64,000 nt of DNA from Enoplolaimus lenunculus (Eukaryota). The stretch is from NCBI GenBank assembly GCA_030248215.1, contig JASANG010003752.1, positions 558,001-622,000 on the forward strand, read 5' to 3'. This document shows, piece after piece, positions 13,414 through 24,700 of the stretch (position 1 is the first letter of the stretch; each line of letters begins with the position of its first letter). Below the pieces are notes generated by a model. The model was not told the origin of the DNA, did not search any database, and was given only the letters and a program-made list of their open reading frames with translations. Position numbers and translations under genes: made by a program.

Positions 13414-13533
13414 CACAGCAAAAAATGCTGAGTCAAATTGAGTCTCTTTGAAATAGGCTTTTCCGGACTACACAAACTGATTCAAAATTCGACTCCGCCA
13501 GAGTCAAATTCAACTCACCATTTTTTTGCAGTG
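13414..13533. mobile_element. CACTG-ended palindromic MITE (CACTA/EnSpm-like), internally deleted
   Basis: TA|CACAG..CAGTG|TA; GAGTCAAATT subrepeats. Confidence 0.75.
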
Positions 13534-13912
13534 TATTCGTTTTAACGCTGTTGCAGCAAAAATGGGACAAAATTCTGAAATTCAGTTTCTCTCGGTTTTG
13601 AAATTTTTTTAGCTCAAAAGTAAAGCTGTAACGTTTGTAGGCAGACTAAAATGCGTTAAAAATTTTATCGTTCCTCAAAAATATTTCCTGGTTCGCCGTT
13701 TGCTATTAAATTTAGTACAAAACTCCGGTGTATATAAGTAAACGCCGTAAGAAAATAGATTAATTGCGCATAAAATTATTGGAAATCAACGTAAAAATTG
13801 CTGAAATGTGAATTTTAAGCGCGGCTTTTTAGCGCCGTCGCCCTTAGACCGTTTCAATTCAGTCGCTGGTCCTCACTATCTGCAGCAGTAGCAGTTGTGC
13901 AATAATATATAG

Positions 13913-14098
13913 GGCCCATGTATAGAACAGGGCCGGATGGTTTTCCGGAAGGGCTATAATAGAGCCAGTTTATAAGCTTTAGACTAATTTTTTGCTTAGG
14001 CTTACGCTTAGGCTTAGGCTTAGGAATAGGCTTATCCATACGCTTAGGCTTAGGAATATGCTTAGACTACTGTTCCGGCCCTGTTATATACATGGGCC
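13913..14098. mobile_element. TTAGGC-carrying Merlin-like MITE
   Basis: GGCCCATGTATAGAACAGGGCCGGA TIR at both ends; flanks atatatag/atacaaag. Confidence 0.85.
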
Positions 14099-14578
14099 AT
14101 ACAAAGCCATCATATCACGAGGTGAGTCGAAATACTATGGATTTCGATTCCGATTCAAAAGCGTAGGAATAAACCTATACCTAAAGCCGAAACCTAAGCA
14201 AAAATAGTCTAAAGCTTAAACTTTGTCAATTGCTGTCCCTCAGAAAAACGTTCCGCCCCTGATTTTTACATGGGTCATATTCATTAACGTTTGAAAAAAT
14301 ATATACTCCGTTTAAATGAACCATCGTTAACGGTTTAATACAGTAAGACAAAATGGATTATTTTTTGCTTCGACAGCCCCCACCCATTCAAATTGCTCCT
14401 TAACGCCACTGTCAGGTTTAACCAGTTTATTATTAACGTTTCAGTAAGTGATTATGTTTCACGCTGATTAATAACTGATAAATCTGGTCGAGTAATCAAA
14501 TTCGTGTGTTGGATGAGTCATACAGGTGATAAGCCGACAAACGGCTGGCATCATTCATTCGTTTAAAAATATGTTCAA

Positions 14579-14742
14579 GTAGCCAAGGATTGACCCTGGG
14601 GGCTCTGGCGACCCCCTGAAAAAATTTACCCCCCCCAAGTAAAAAATGTTCCAACCTTCTCATAAATGGTTGGAAACCCATGTACGCGTCTTCTATAAAG
14701 TTTTTTAGTCCCCTCTAGCAAGGTGAGCTGGCTACAGGTCTG
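14579..14742 (-). mobile_element. hAT-like MITE (CAGGCCCGTAGCCAG family)
   Basis: Reverse-complement similarity to 6810 copy. Confidence 0.65.
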
Positions 14743-17250
14743 TTTAAGTAGTGCAAGATTTTAAGCAATGCTTAAGTAAACATTAGATTTCAGCTTCTGA
14801 ATAGCTGCCTACGCAGATTAAGCAATTTTTGTTATCAGACGTTAAGCTATTTTTTACGTTTTCGGCGTAAAGATTCATCAACACTTGGTGCAAACATGTG
14901 CACAATTAGTAAAGAACAATTAGCGTCACATTGCGTATTTCTATTATTTTTAGCTTTTAATTACTCCTGAAGAGTCTGATTATGCTAATGATGGCATATT
15001 CTGGCTTTTCGTGACCTCTACTGATCACTGAACACCAGCGGGTAACTGGATATCCGTTTCCGGTAAAAATCGGTGTCTGTTTCCGTTTCTGTTATAAAAA
15101 TACCGGAAACTGTGTCATTTTTATGCTCAAAAATTAGTTGAAAATTACGTATGCATCTCGCAATTTTTCATTAGAGATATGCTGTGATTATTCAATCTCC
15201 CGAAAATTCTCGATAGACAATAAAGTACTTTTAAGACAGTTTTATAATAATACTTTCTTGAATTATTGCAAAACTTTTACATCATATTATCCGCTAAGGA
15301 ATAAAATCCTGGCTACGCGCCTGATGGCCTCCCATTGGACTTTTCATGGTATTCCAAGTAAACACATGTGTATGTATGTATATGTATGTCGCTCCGTGAC
15401 AGTAAATTATTCCCATTTTTTATTGCGTTTAAGTAGTAGCATTACCTAGTTTATTTTCCTGAAAGCTGTGTAAAAACCACATTTCAAAGAGTCGTATTCA
15501 GCTACGGATTGAGGATTTTCTAAGAAAAGATAAAAATCAATTTTGATAAAGATGACATAGCTACGCAATTTCAAGAATCTAATCCCAAAACGACAACTGA
15601 GCTGTATTTTTTCTTCGTTACGAAGGCAAAAGCTGATTTTCTTTAGCTGTTAGTCTAAATTTGACATCTGTCACATTTTGCATATGTTGTGTTTTGTTGT
15701 CGAACGAAATTAGCGTTCATCTAAATGAATATAGAAACTGAAAACAATCTATCGTGAAAGCATCAGCTCAGCAGCAGCTGCATAGCTGGAGGCATGGGGA
15801 CTGTGCGTCGATTTTGACGCCAAAAGAATTTGATACCATTGAGTCCAGAAGATTTTTAAAAAATACTAACTTTCCTATCTGCCTTTGAAATTGTGAAAAT
15901 TGCATTTCGCTTCTCGCGCGTTTTGCTCGCTAGGATTCTTGTAGCATTACAAATTGCGTCCTGTAGCATGCTCGTTTGCCATTTTTGGATCAGCAGCTGC
16001 GCTTATGTATCATCTTTAAGTCATGCAGTTAATGGAGCAGTCGCCTAATTGCTAACAAATAGCACCCCAGAGACGATGGGTTTATGCAAATTTTTTGCAA
16101 TTAGTTGCAAATTGCAATGGCAAAAGCTTAAAATTGATTTAATTTTTAACCATATTCTTGAAGCAAAAATTTTAAATTTTATCACTATATTTGCAGATTT
16201 CTAACACTTTGTATTTTTCTATATATATAATATATATATATATATAACAATTTTAATCATACATGTAAACATTGCAAAATGCATGTGATAAGCCGTTGCG
16301 AAATGCAATGTATTGAGTTGCGAATTGTTTAGTTTATTATTGTTTTTAAAATGTGACCAGCGGCGTATACGATTTTGGGATTAGGGCAGAAATGGCTTAA
16401 TTGCGGAGAGGCAGGAAAAAAGCACTTTCCACGGGATTTATCACCAAAAACCATTTCATGAGGTATATCCGTTATAAAATATATTCATATTTATATACTC
16501 TAGGTTGTCAATATTTAGCAAAATTTTTAATGCTTATTATTGTTCACATTAATGAATTCCCAAATTGCACCAAATATCAAAGGCGACTTTGGATTGAAAA
16601 AAACACCTGCCGCTGTATTTTCTCTATATTCTTTGCTACGGTTAATATGTATCGTTTGCAACAAGGATGATTTGTTTATAGTTCGGCGTCGCAATGACTA
16701 ATTATACCCAGGGGGTTAAATTTCAATTTATTGTCCACCCACAGGCCGCTGCCGTGGTGCATTGGAAAAATAAATTCTACTTTTTTTCTGTTCAGCTACA
16801 AATAGTTTCTTCATCTTTTGACAGGGCTGCAACTGCAGCGGGGGGGGCATAGGTGGTGCCCTTCGTAAAAACGGCATCTTGGTCCACCGTGGCCGATAAA
16901 ACGATAGCATAAAAGAGTTTTATGTAAGAATAATCTATCTTGCCTCCTTGGTACATCTTCCTTTCGCTCTGCTAACGACTGCTGATTGCGGGACTGTCTG
17001 TTAAAACATAAAAGTAATATGGTTTTGATTTAGTAAAGAACACTGTTGCTATTTATTGGTTAATAAAGTTACGTTATGGATTTTAATAACTTGATTGGGG
17101 CAGGTTTAAATCCGACAACGTTTTTAGATACCGAAATCTGATTTTAGCTTAGTAGCGTTTCATACAGCGCTAGTATTTGTAATGTCGAAAAAACCCAGAA
17201 TCTAAAAAATTATAGCATTTAGCAGTACTGTATCTAGTATTTATTTCGTG

Positions 17251-17480
17251 GGCCCATATTCTCAAATGTGTATAGCAACTACGATCAGTTTCTTATAGCA
17301 TTTCAAACTCGCTATAACTACTGCAGTTGCTGAACTCTAAAAAATGGTGCAGGAGTATTTAGAGCAAAACATATATATGCGAAAAATGTGGTGAATTTTG
17401 CGCCTGAGTATTATGGTTCGAAAGTAACATGACCTATCACCAACTGGTAATAGGTGCTACATACATTTGAGAATACGACC
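17251..17480. mobile_element. Palindromic MITE (GG..TATTCTCAAATGTGTA family)
   Basis: Inverted ends ATTCTCAAATGTGTATAGCA / TGCTACATACATTTGAGAAT; relatives near 2040-2180, 24730, 36862-37070, 49201-49421. Confidence 0.7.
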
Positions 17481-17496
17481 ACTAGATATACCTATA

Positions 17497-18102
17497 GGGG
17501 GTCTTTTCCGTTATCTCCCAGCCCGTGTTTGCCCAAAAATGAATCGATTTTGAAAATTTTTGCATATTCGATCTTCTCATGACCTCCCCTAATGGTTCCA
17601 CGCCTAAACTTGAATTTTTGAAAAATTAAGTCCTCCCCGTTGGACCCGAAAAAAATTTTGTCAAAAAGATGAATAAGGCAGATACCATTTGTTGCAGCTT
17701 GTGAACCTGAGTCCAGTGGTGTTAAATTTTTCGCAATCAGACGTTTGGTTAACGAATTATGGTCAAATAACTGATTTGGCACCGACCGCAAATCGTTGGC
17801 AGCGCGACATATCAGTCATTTGACAATAATTGGTTAATTAATCTTCTGATTGCAAAACATTTACCACCATTGCACTTAGCTCCGCACCTTGCATAGGATG
17901 GAATATAATTTGTTAAACTTTTTGACAAAAATTTCTTTGGGCCTTGTGGTCCTAGGGACCTTAAAAATCGAATTTTCCAACAATTTAAATTTAGGCGTGA
18001 AATGATCAGGGGAGGTGATGAGACGCTCAAATATGCAAAATTTTTTAATTCCAGCGATTTTGGGGCAAACGCGGACTGGGGGTGATAACGGAAAAGACTC
18101 CC
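17497..18102. mobile_element. Foldback/Mutator-like element with about 300-bp inverted arms
   Basis: GGG(G/A)GTCTTTTCCGTTATC at both ends; arms align along most of their length; partial copy at 45303. Confidence 0.75.
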
Positions 18103-18680
18103 TATAAGAATAGAAGTCCATTAATTAGCTGCACTACAACGCTTGCATAATGCTATTTACATACACGTCGTAGTTTCATGACACAATCCCTTAGGGTATT
18201 ACAATTTCATTGCTCCCAAACGGATAGTGAATATAGAAATTGTTGCATTTTGTAAGAAAATGTGAAAAGCAATTAGCATCGCCTTGTATTAAGCTCAAAT
18301 GTGTTGATAGTTTTTGCTCGAAGTTACAATTTTAGCTAATGATGCGTTTATACCGAAGTTTATCAAGTCGAATTGAAAAGCATAAACTTGTCATTTACGT
18401 TAGCATCCAAAGGTGTACATAAAGGGACCAATAGAAAAGATATATTTGCTCCTGGAATTGTTGAACGCAAGAAAACAACATTTAGGATTTAGAATGACTA
18501 AATCTTAAAGGTTAAAAGGGTTTCTGTAAGATTATGCCCCCCCCCCCCGAAATGAAATCTTAGATACGTCCCCGGCAACATTACAACATTCTTTGTAGCT
18601 GCATACTTGGAAAGTTGATATAAGGCGAGCATATAAATACCTGAGACACGGAAAAAACGATAAAGTAATACTCAACCTTC

Positions 18681-18833
18681 GGTCCATGTAATGCTCAGGG
18701 GCGAAACGTTTTTCCGTGGGAGTAGAATAGAATAAGCTCAAGGATTAGACTAATTTTTTTGCCTGGCTTAGGCTTAGGCTTAGGTTTAGAAAATGCTCAT
18801 AATACTGTTCCTCCCCTGTTCTTTGCATTGACC
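18681..18833. mobile_element. TTAGGC-carrying Merlin-like MITE
   Basis: Degenerate TIRs and (TTAGGC)n core. Confidence 0.7.
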
Positions 18834-19056
18834 CAACCCTCTTTAACAATTTCCAACTCACTGTTGAAGCCTGTGTGACATGCGGATGCATGGAGCAAAA
18901 GAAAACCTCATGCTGATGCTGCACTTCGGTTAAAACATTGATGCATATGTAGTGCCTTCATACGTAGCAGCAGTAAAAACCTGGACGAACCACGATACAT
19001 GTAACGTTAAGGTTCTCATAAGTCATAAAACCCTAAAACTTTAGCAGTTGTTTCGA

Positions 19057-19140
19057 GGCGGCGTGGATCGGCGGTAGCGCGCAGGACTGAGGATCTGTCT
19101 TCCATGGGTCATGAGATTGAACTCCCGCAAGAACGCCTCA
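19057..19140 (+). mobile_element. tRNA-derived SINE-like head (degenerate)
   Basis: GGCGGCGTGGATCGGCGGTAGCGCG A-box-like and GAGATTGAACTC B-box-like motifs at tRNA-like spacing. Confidence 0.4.
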
Positions 19141-19753
19141 CAGTGTCAAATACAAGAGCTCTGAACTAAAAACCGTCGTACCCTAGCGTACCACCCCCAA
19201 CTTTTCACAGCCTGTAGAAGAAGCTTACAACTTTTAACGGCATACTTGATCTTTAAGGCTGCAAATAAAATTAACTTTGCGGCGTATCCTGAGTCTTGTT
19301 AGGAGGCACCCGGAGGTTTAACGCGTAACCAATAACACTGTTATCTTGATTCAATACGTGTATTAACCGCAAATTTTTCGCAATTAAATGTTTCTTAATC
19401 GAATGTCAAAATCTCTACCCTGGCAACTGTCTATGCTTTGCGTTATTGACTACAATAACAAAGGGCATTGTGGCAAAGCCGATTCAGCAATATTATCGCA
19501 TTGCGTTGTTATCGTTACTCAAAGGTTGTATGAGTGAGGCCGAGCGGTGTATAATAGTGAAAAAGTTCGCGAGCGAAGTAAGCGAGAAGTTAAACGCAAT
19601 TCTGGTACAAAATAGTAATCCCAAAATGTCTTTTTTCGGTTTTGTTACGTGACGATCAAGGCCTGGGTGTTCCTGTTTTAGATTCGATACTGTGCTCACG
19701 TAATACATTTTAGAGCTTATGCAAAAACTGTGGTAGTTTCCCTAGTTACTGTA

Positions 19754-20193
19754 CTGTAGTGACCGGAAGAAGAGGTGGGTAATAAGAGGGGGGTTCCCAT
19801 TTTGAGTCCCAATCAATTGTAGTCTGTATCCAGAATAAGATTGCGTAAGCGGATAAAGTCCCTGAACTCTAATTAGAGTCCAAAAATGTGAATTATCCCT
19901 ACTTGTAGCGCATAAATGACTCCAGGACCAAATAAGCTTAAGTTCGAAACTTTAAAGCGTACTTAAGTTTTGGAAGTATATTCTTAACCATAAGTATAAT
20001 TTTGCATTATCGCTCAAGCTGTTGACACAAGAAAACTAAACTTTGTTCCAACGGATAGTTGCAATACCGGATATGTATCAGTATCGAAGTTCGGGTTAAA
20101 AATAAATAACAGTCCGTTGCCTAATAACAGGGGGGCACTCTCTGCAGAGGCCAAATAAATACCAGTCCCTCCCTATTATTCGTGTCACTACAG
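19754..20193. mobile_element. Tc1/pogo-like MITE, uninterrupted inverted relative of 674..1820
   Basis: TA|CTGTAGTGAC..GTCACTACAG; colinear with reverse complement of 674-864 plus 1567-1820. Confidence 0.75.
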
Positions 20194-20469
20194 TGCAAGC
20201 TTAATAGCGTTTTTTGTTTTAGTTTGCACTAAAACTTAGCTTTATAGAAAACAATTATTTTCAGATTACCATGAAGTAAGAGTGTCCTTAGGATAGAGAG
20301 CCCACCAAGCTTCTAACTCTAAGTGGTAACAGCCAACTCTTCTAACCAGACAGTGCGCGGTTCGAATCACAGCTTGAAACTTGATCTCAGATGAAATCGA
20401 AAATATTCATGTGTCAAAGGGTAATGTTCTTGCAGTCTAAGTTGTTTTAGCAACTTTAAACTTTATTCT

Positions 20470-20720
20470 ACAAAAATTGCTTTCAGATTACCGCAGATTT
20501 GAAAATTTAACGCCAATGTCTTTAGTGCAAGATTTGTTTCATAAAGTCATACTTTCGAACTTGGCAAACCTCAGACTTTTTCAGTCGTGTCACACTACGG
20601 TGTATTTTCATGACATATTTTCTAAATCTCCTATTATTATTATTTGTCAAAGGCAACTTTGAGAAGATTGGGAAAATTGAATTTTAGTTTCAATAACGCG
20701 TTCCAGTTGCTTCTTGCTAT
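20470..20720 (+). pseudogene. Decayed tandem copy of the 5' region and start of exon 1 of the 21280 gene
   Basis: Aligns by eye with 21110..21325 (ttcagatta..tttaacgc.aatgt..taaagt..tttga.aag..tttcaat.ac..ttcca.tt.cttc.tgct); the ATG has become ATT at 20681. Confidence 0.65.
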
Positions 20721-20791
20721 TAACTGCCTGTATAAAATTTGCTTAGGGAACCCTAAGCCGTGCAGTTGCTTCACTGGCTCATATCTGCCGA

Positions 20792-21068
20792 AACCCGTAG
20801 TCAGCTCCCCTTGCTAGGTGGGTTAAAAAATTTAAGGAGGGGCATACGCTACAAGGATTATCAATGTCTTATGCGGGGTTCACGTTATAACCGGGGCAGG
20901 CAGGACACGCTTTCTCCCATGTTGATTCGACGTCAACGTTAAAATCCGGGCTCTTATATCGTGTCAACAGACCAAACTCGAATGTCATATGACATTAGCT
21001 TACAAACCTTTAGGGGGGGCAAAATTTTTCCAGAAGGGATGCTAAGCCCCCCTTGGCTACAGGCCCGT
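20792..21068 (+). mobile_element. hAT-like MITE interrupted by a ~130-bp repeat also present near 57686
   Basis: Family halves at 20792-20870 and 21000-21068. Confidence 0.55.
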
Positions 21069-21279
21069 TTCCGTCGGCGGGCGTTTATAGCGTTATAAAG
21101 ATACATTATAACAAATTGGTTTCAGATTATTACAGTTTTAAATAATTTAACGCTAATGTATTTAATGCAAGGATTGTTATGTAAAGTACTACTTTTCAAA
21201 AAAGCACACTTCCAGTTGGATCCAATTATTGTTTCGAACATAAATCGTAGGAGCTTTTGAAAAGGCTTGCGAAACCAGA

Positions 21280-21709
21280 ATGAGCATTTCAATGACTATA
21301 CTGCATTCCATTTACTTCCTGCTTCCGACAATTTTGCTGGTGCGCTGTGAAGTTCTTGTAACAATTAAATTTTCTCATTGGAACTTAGTGAACAGTTTTC
21401 GAACGTTGTGTAATTCAACTTGCGTTGAATGTCAAACTTGTGCCGCAACGCAAACTTCTGAACTCATCCTTGCGACAGTTATCGAAGAACCACGGCGGTT
21501 TCAAAGACCAGCAGAGAAGCCTTCTAGTAGGTTGGTGCCACAAGATGCCACTCCAGCGTTTGGATCTAATCCCAGATCGCGAAAGCCGCCCGGAAGGACG
21601 CCACCAAATCGCGAATATTACTGGAGATGGACTGATTTGCCAAAGCCGAACGAATCTTTGTTGACTGGCGAACCTTCGTTTCTCAATCCTGTGGTTTTGA
21701 ATCTCAAAA
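21280..21709 (+). CDS. Exon 1 of Delta-like gene: signal peptide and first part of C2/MNNL-like domain (CNSTCVECQTC)
   Basis: ATG, hydrophobic leader, strong protein similarity to ORF 62126, same phase-1 donor position in both paralogs. Confidence 0.88.
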
Positions 21710-24700
21710 GTATGATATTTTGTCTTTAAGGCACCTAAAATAAGCTTGCGACTACTAAGTATAAGATGTAATCTCAAAACTACGAATTATCCGTTGTATT
21801 TTTTATGTTTAATGCCTGTCAAACTTTATTCTTACAAATTAGTTCAAGAAAAAGAATTCGATTATTTTTCTAAAAGTTGTAGCTTCAAAATTTTTAAAGA
21901 AAAAATAGCGGATTCATCAAAACTTTTAACATTTTGAATGAATTTCTTTGCACTTTTATTTCAAATTTTAACAATTGCAGTATATCTATGGAGATGCTGT
22001 GAAAATCAAACGCTGATGCGGCGCTCAAAAATAAAATTTCCGCCCGGCCATCAGATGATGCGGCGCTCAAAAATAAAATTTCTGCCCGGCCATCAGATGA
22101 TGCGGCGCTCAAAAATAAAATTTCTGCCCGGCCATCAGATGATGCGGCGCTCAAAAATAAAATTTCTGCCCGGCCATCAGATGATGCGGCGCTCAAAAAT
22201 AAAATTTCCGCCCGGCCATCAGATGATGCGGCGCTCAAAAATAAAATTTCTGCCCGACCATCAGATGATGCGGCGCTCAAAAATAACATTTCCGCCCGGC
22301 CATCAGATGATGCGGCGCTCAAAAAGAACATTTCCGCCCGGCCATCAGATGATGCGGCGCTCAAAAATAAAATTTCCGCCCGGCCATCAGATGATGCGGC
22401 GCTCAAAAATAAATTTTCTGCCCGGCCATCAGATGATGCGGCGCTCAAAAATAAAATTTCCGCCCGGCCATCAGATGATGCGGCGCTCAAAAATAAAATT
22501 TCCGCCCGGCCATCAGATGATGCGGCGCTCAAAAATAAAATTTCCGCCCGGCCATCAGATGATGCGGCGCTCAAAAATAAAATTTCCGCCCGGCCATCAG
22601 ATGATGCGGCGCTCAAAAATAAATTTTCTGCCCGGCCATCAGATGATGCGGCGCTCAAAAATAAAATTTCCGCCCGGCCATCAGATGATGCGGCGCTCAA
22701 AAATAAAATTTCCGCCCGGCCATCAGATGATGCGGCGCTCAAAAATAAAATTTCCGCCCGGCCATCAGATGATGCGGCGCTCAAAAATAAAATTTCCGCC
22801 CGGCCATCAGATGATGCGGCGCTCAAAAATAAAATTTCCGCCCGGCCATCAGATGATGCGGCGCTCAAAAATAAAATTTCCGCCCGGCCATCAGATGATG
22901 CGGCGCTCAAAAATAAATTTTCTGCCCGGCCATCAGATGATGCGGCGCTCAAAAATAAAATTTCCGCCCGGCCATCAGATGATGCGGCGCTCAAAAATAA
23001 AATTTCCGCCCGGCCATCAGATGATGCGGCGCTCAAAAATAAAATTTCTGCCCGGCCATCAGAAGTGTCGAATGACGGTTGGACTAACACTTGACAACAT
23101 TAAAAATCGCATTATAAGTGATTTTCAACTAACTGTGGTCATAAAAATAACGGAATTTTGAGTGTTTCAATTACGGAAACCAAAACGGAACGCCGATTTT
23201 TATAACAACGGAAACTGATATCCGGTATTTCTTAAAACAGGCTTAGTCCAATTAGATCAATTTTGTAAGATGAAACATAAAAACTAAAGCCCTTGACTCA
23301 GTCCCATAGCCAGCTCACCTTGCTCGGGGAAAGGGGCTTAAAAATTTTCAGGAGGGGTATTCAAGGGTTTTCAATGAGTTACAAGCAAAGCAAGGTTGAA
23401 AACTTTCTAGAGGGGGCCAAAATTTTACAGGTGGGGCTGAGCCCCCCCTGGCTCCTCTTGGCTGCGGGCCCGCCTTGACTTAATCTCGTAAATTTTAGAG
23501 AGCATTCTTGTGTGAAAATTCAAGCAAACCTAAATTACGGACCAAGTTTGTTACGATGCTTTAAATTTTGTTTTCAGGTACGGACACTAAAGTGGTAGTA
23601 TGGGTCGAAATAGTTGGTGGATCCCGATTTTCGAGTTGTCGCTACACAACGTCGTATTCGCTGGACATTGACAGCTATCTTCACCAAGCGCCGAGTACTC
23701 ATTCCTTGATCGGTGATTGCTATTCGCTTAGCGCCCAAGTTTCCGCAGTATGCGCCCCGTTCTATTACGGCCGTCAATGCTCACAGTTGATCTCAGACAA
23801 ACCAGGTGCTGCCGGAAACGGAAACGCAGGCTCAACGTTGATTCCAGCAACCGAATCGGAAAATTATTTTAGTCTGTTTGTGCTGACAGGTAAAATAGTT
23901 AAAGTTTGGGTTCAGTTAAAGTTTGGGTTCTCGTTAAATTTTTTGGTTTTAAACTGTTTGCTAAATGTTCATGACTGTGCTGGTAATAACAAATCTATAA
24001 TAGCGTTGTGAAATAAACCGACTCGCTACTGACTATTTACAGAAATAATTACATAGCGAAAACTTTTCATAATGTGAAGTGGTGGAATGACATACCTGTC
24101 CATCTGACATTTGTCCAGTATGCCAGTGGCCAGTCCACTTCTGAAAAGTGTGGCCGCTGATGTCTTCGGCCCCCTGTCCGAAAAATTTCTCGACACTATT
24201 GAACGATTTGTATTTAAAGAAATGTTTTATGCCACACATAAAAATCTCTGGCACTCGTGTAATAATTTCAATTTGAGGGCATGTCTTGAGCTTGGTCACA
24301 CTGGATATTACGTTTTGACTCCGAACGCCAGAGATCTATGAAAGTCTTAATTGCGTAGTTTTAATTGATGTTTGTTACTCGATTCTCGGTTAAATTAAAT
24401 AATATTACCTGGTTCAATTTCGCATAAATCATTTTAAAATATCGTTTGGCAGTGTTAAATAGTGCCAAGTCTACTTTTGTAAGCTGAATATTGCGGTAGA
24501 TTTTTCAAAATTATATATCAGCAAAACTAACGTATTGATATAACGAACACTAAAACTAAAAAAGTCTGTGTTTATACCGTAGCAGTGCGTGCTCTAGAAA
24601 CACTGTCCGTATCAAACGCATATCCAGAAAACATGGCTTAGATTTTGTACTTAATCCAAGCCTAATCCATGTATTAAAGATTCGTATCCTGATAATATAC

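Noticed and set aside
21710..21729. Single-exon secreted protein ending at the ORF stop (also 62511..62527)
   Set aside because: Paralog similarity ends exactly at a shared GT donor, and in-phase downstream exons exist for the first gene.
22013..23062. CRISPR-like array
   Set aside because: Units are contiguous with no unique spacers, no cas genes are present, and the context is eukaryotic.
21894..23161. 398- and 407-aa ORFs on opposite strands
   Set aside because: Products of the 42-bp minisatellite inside intron 1; no non-repeat coding signal.
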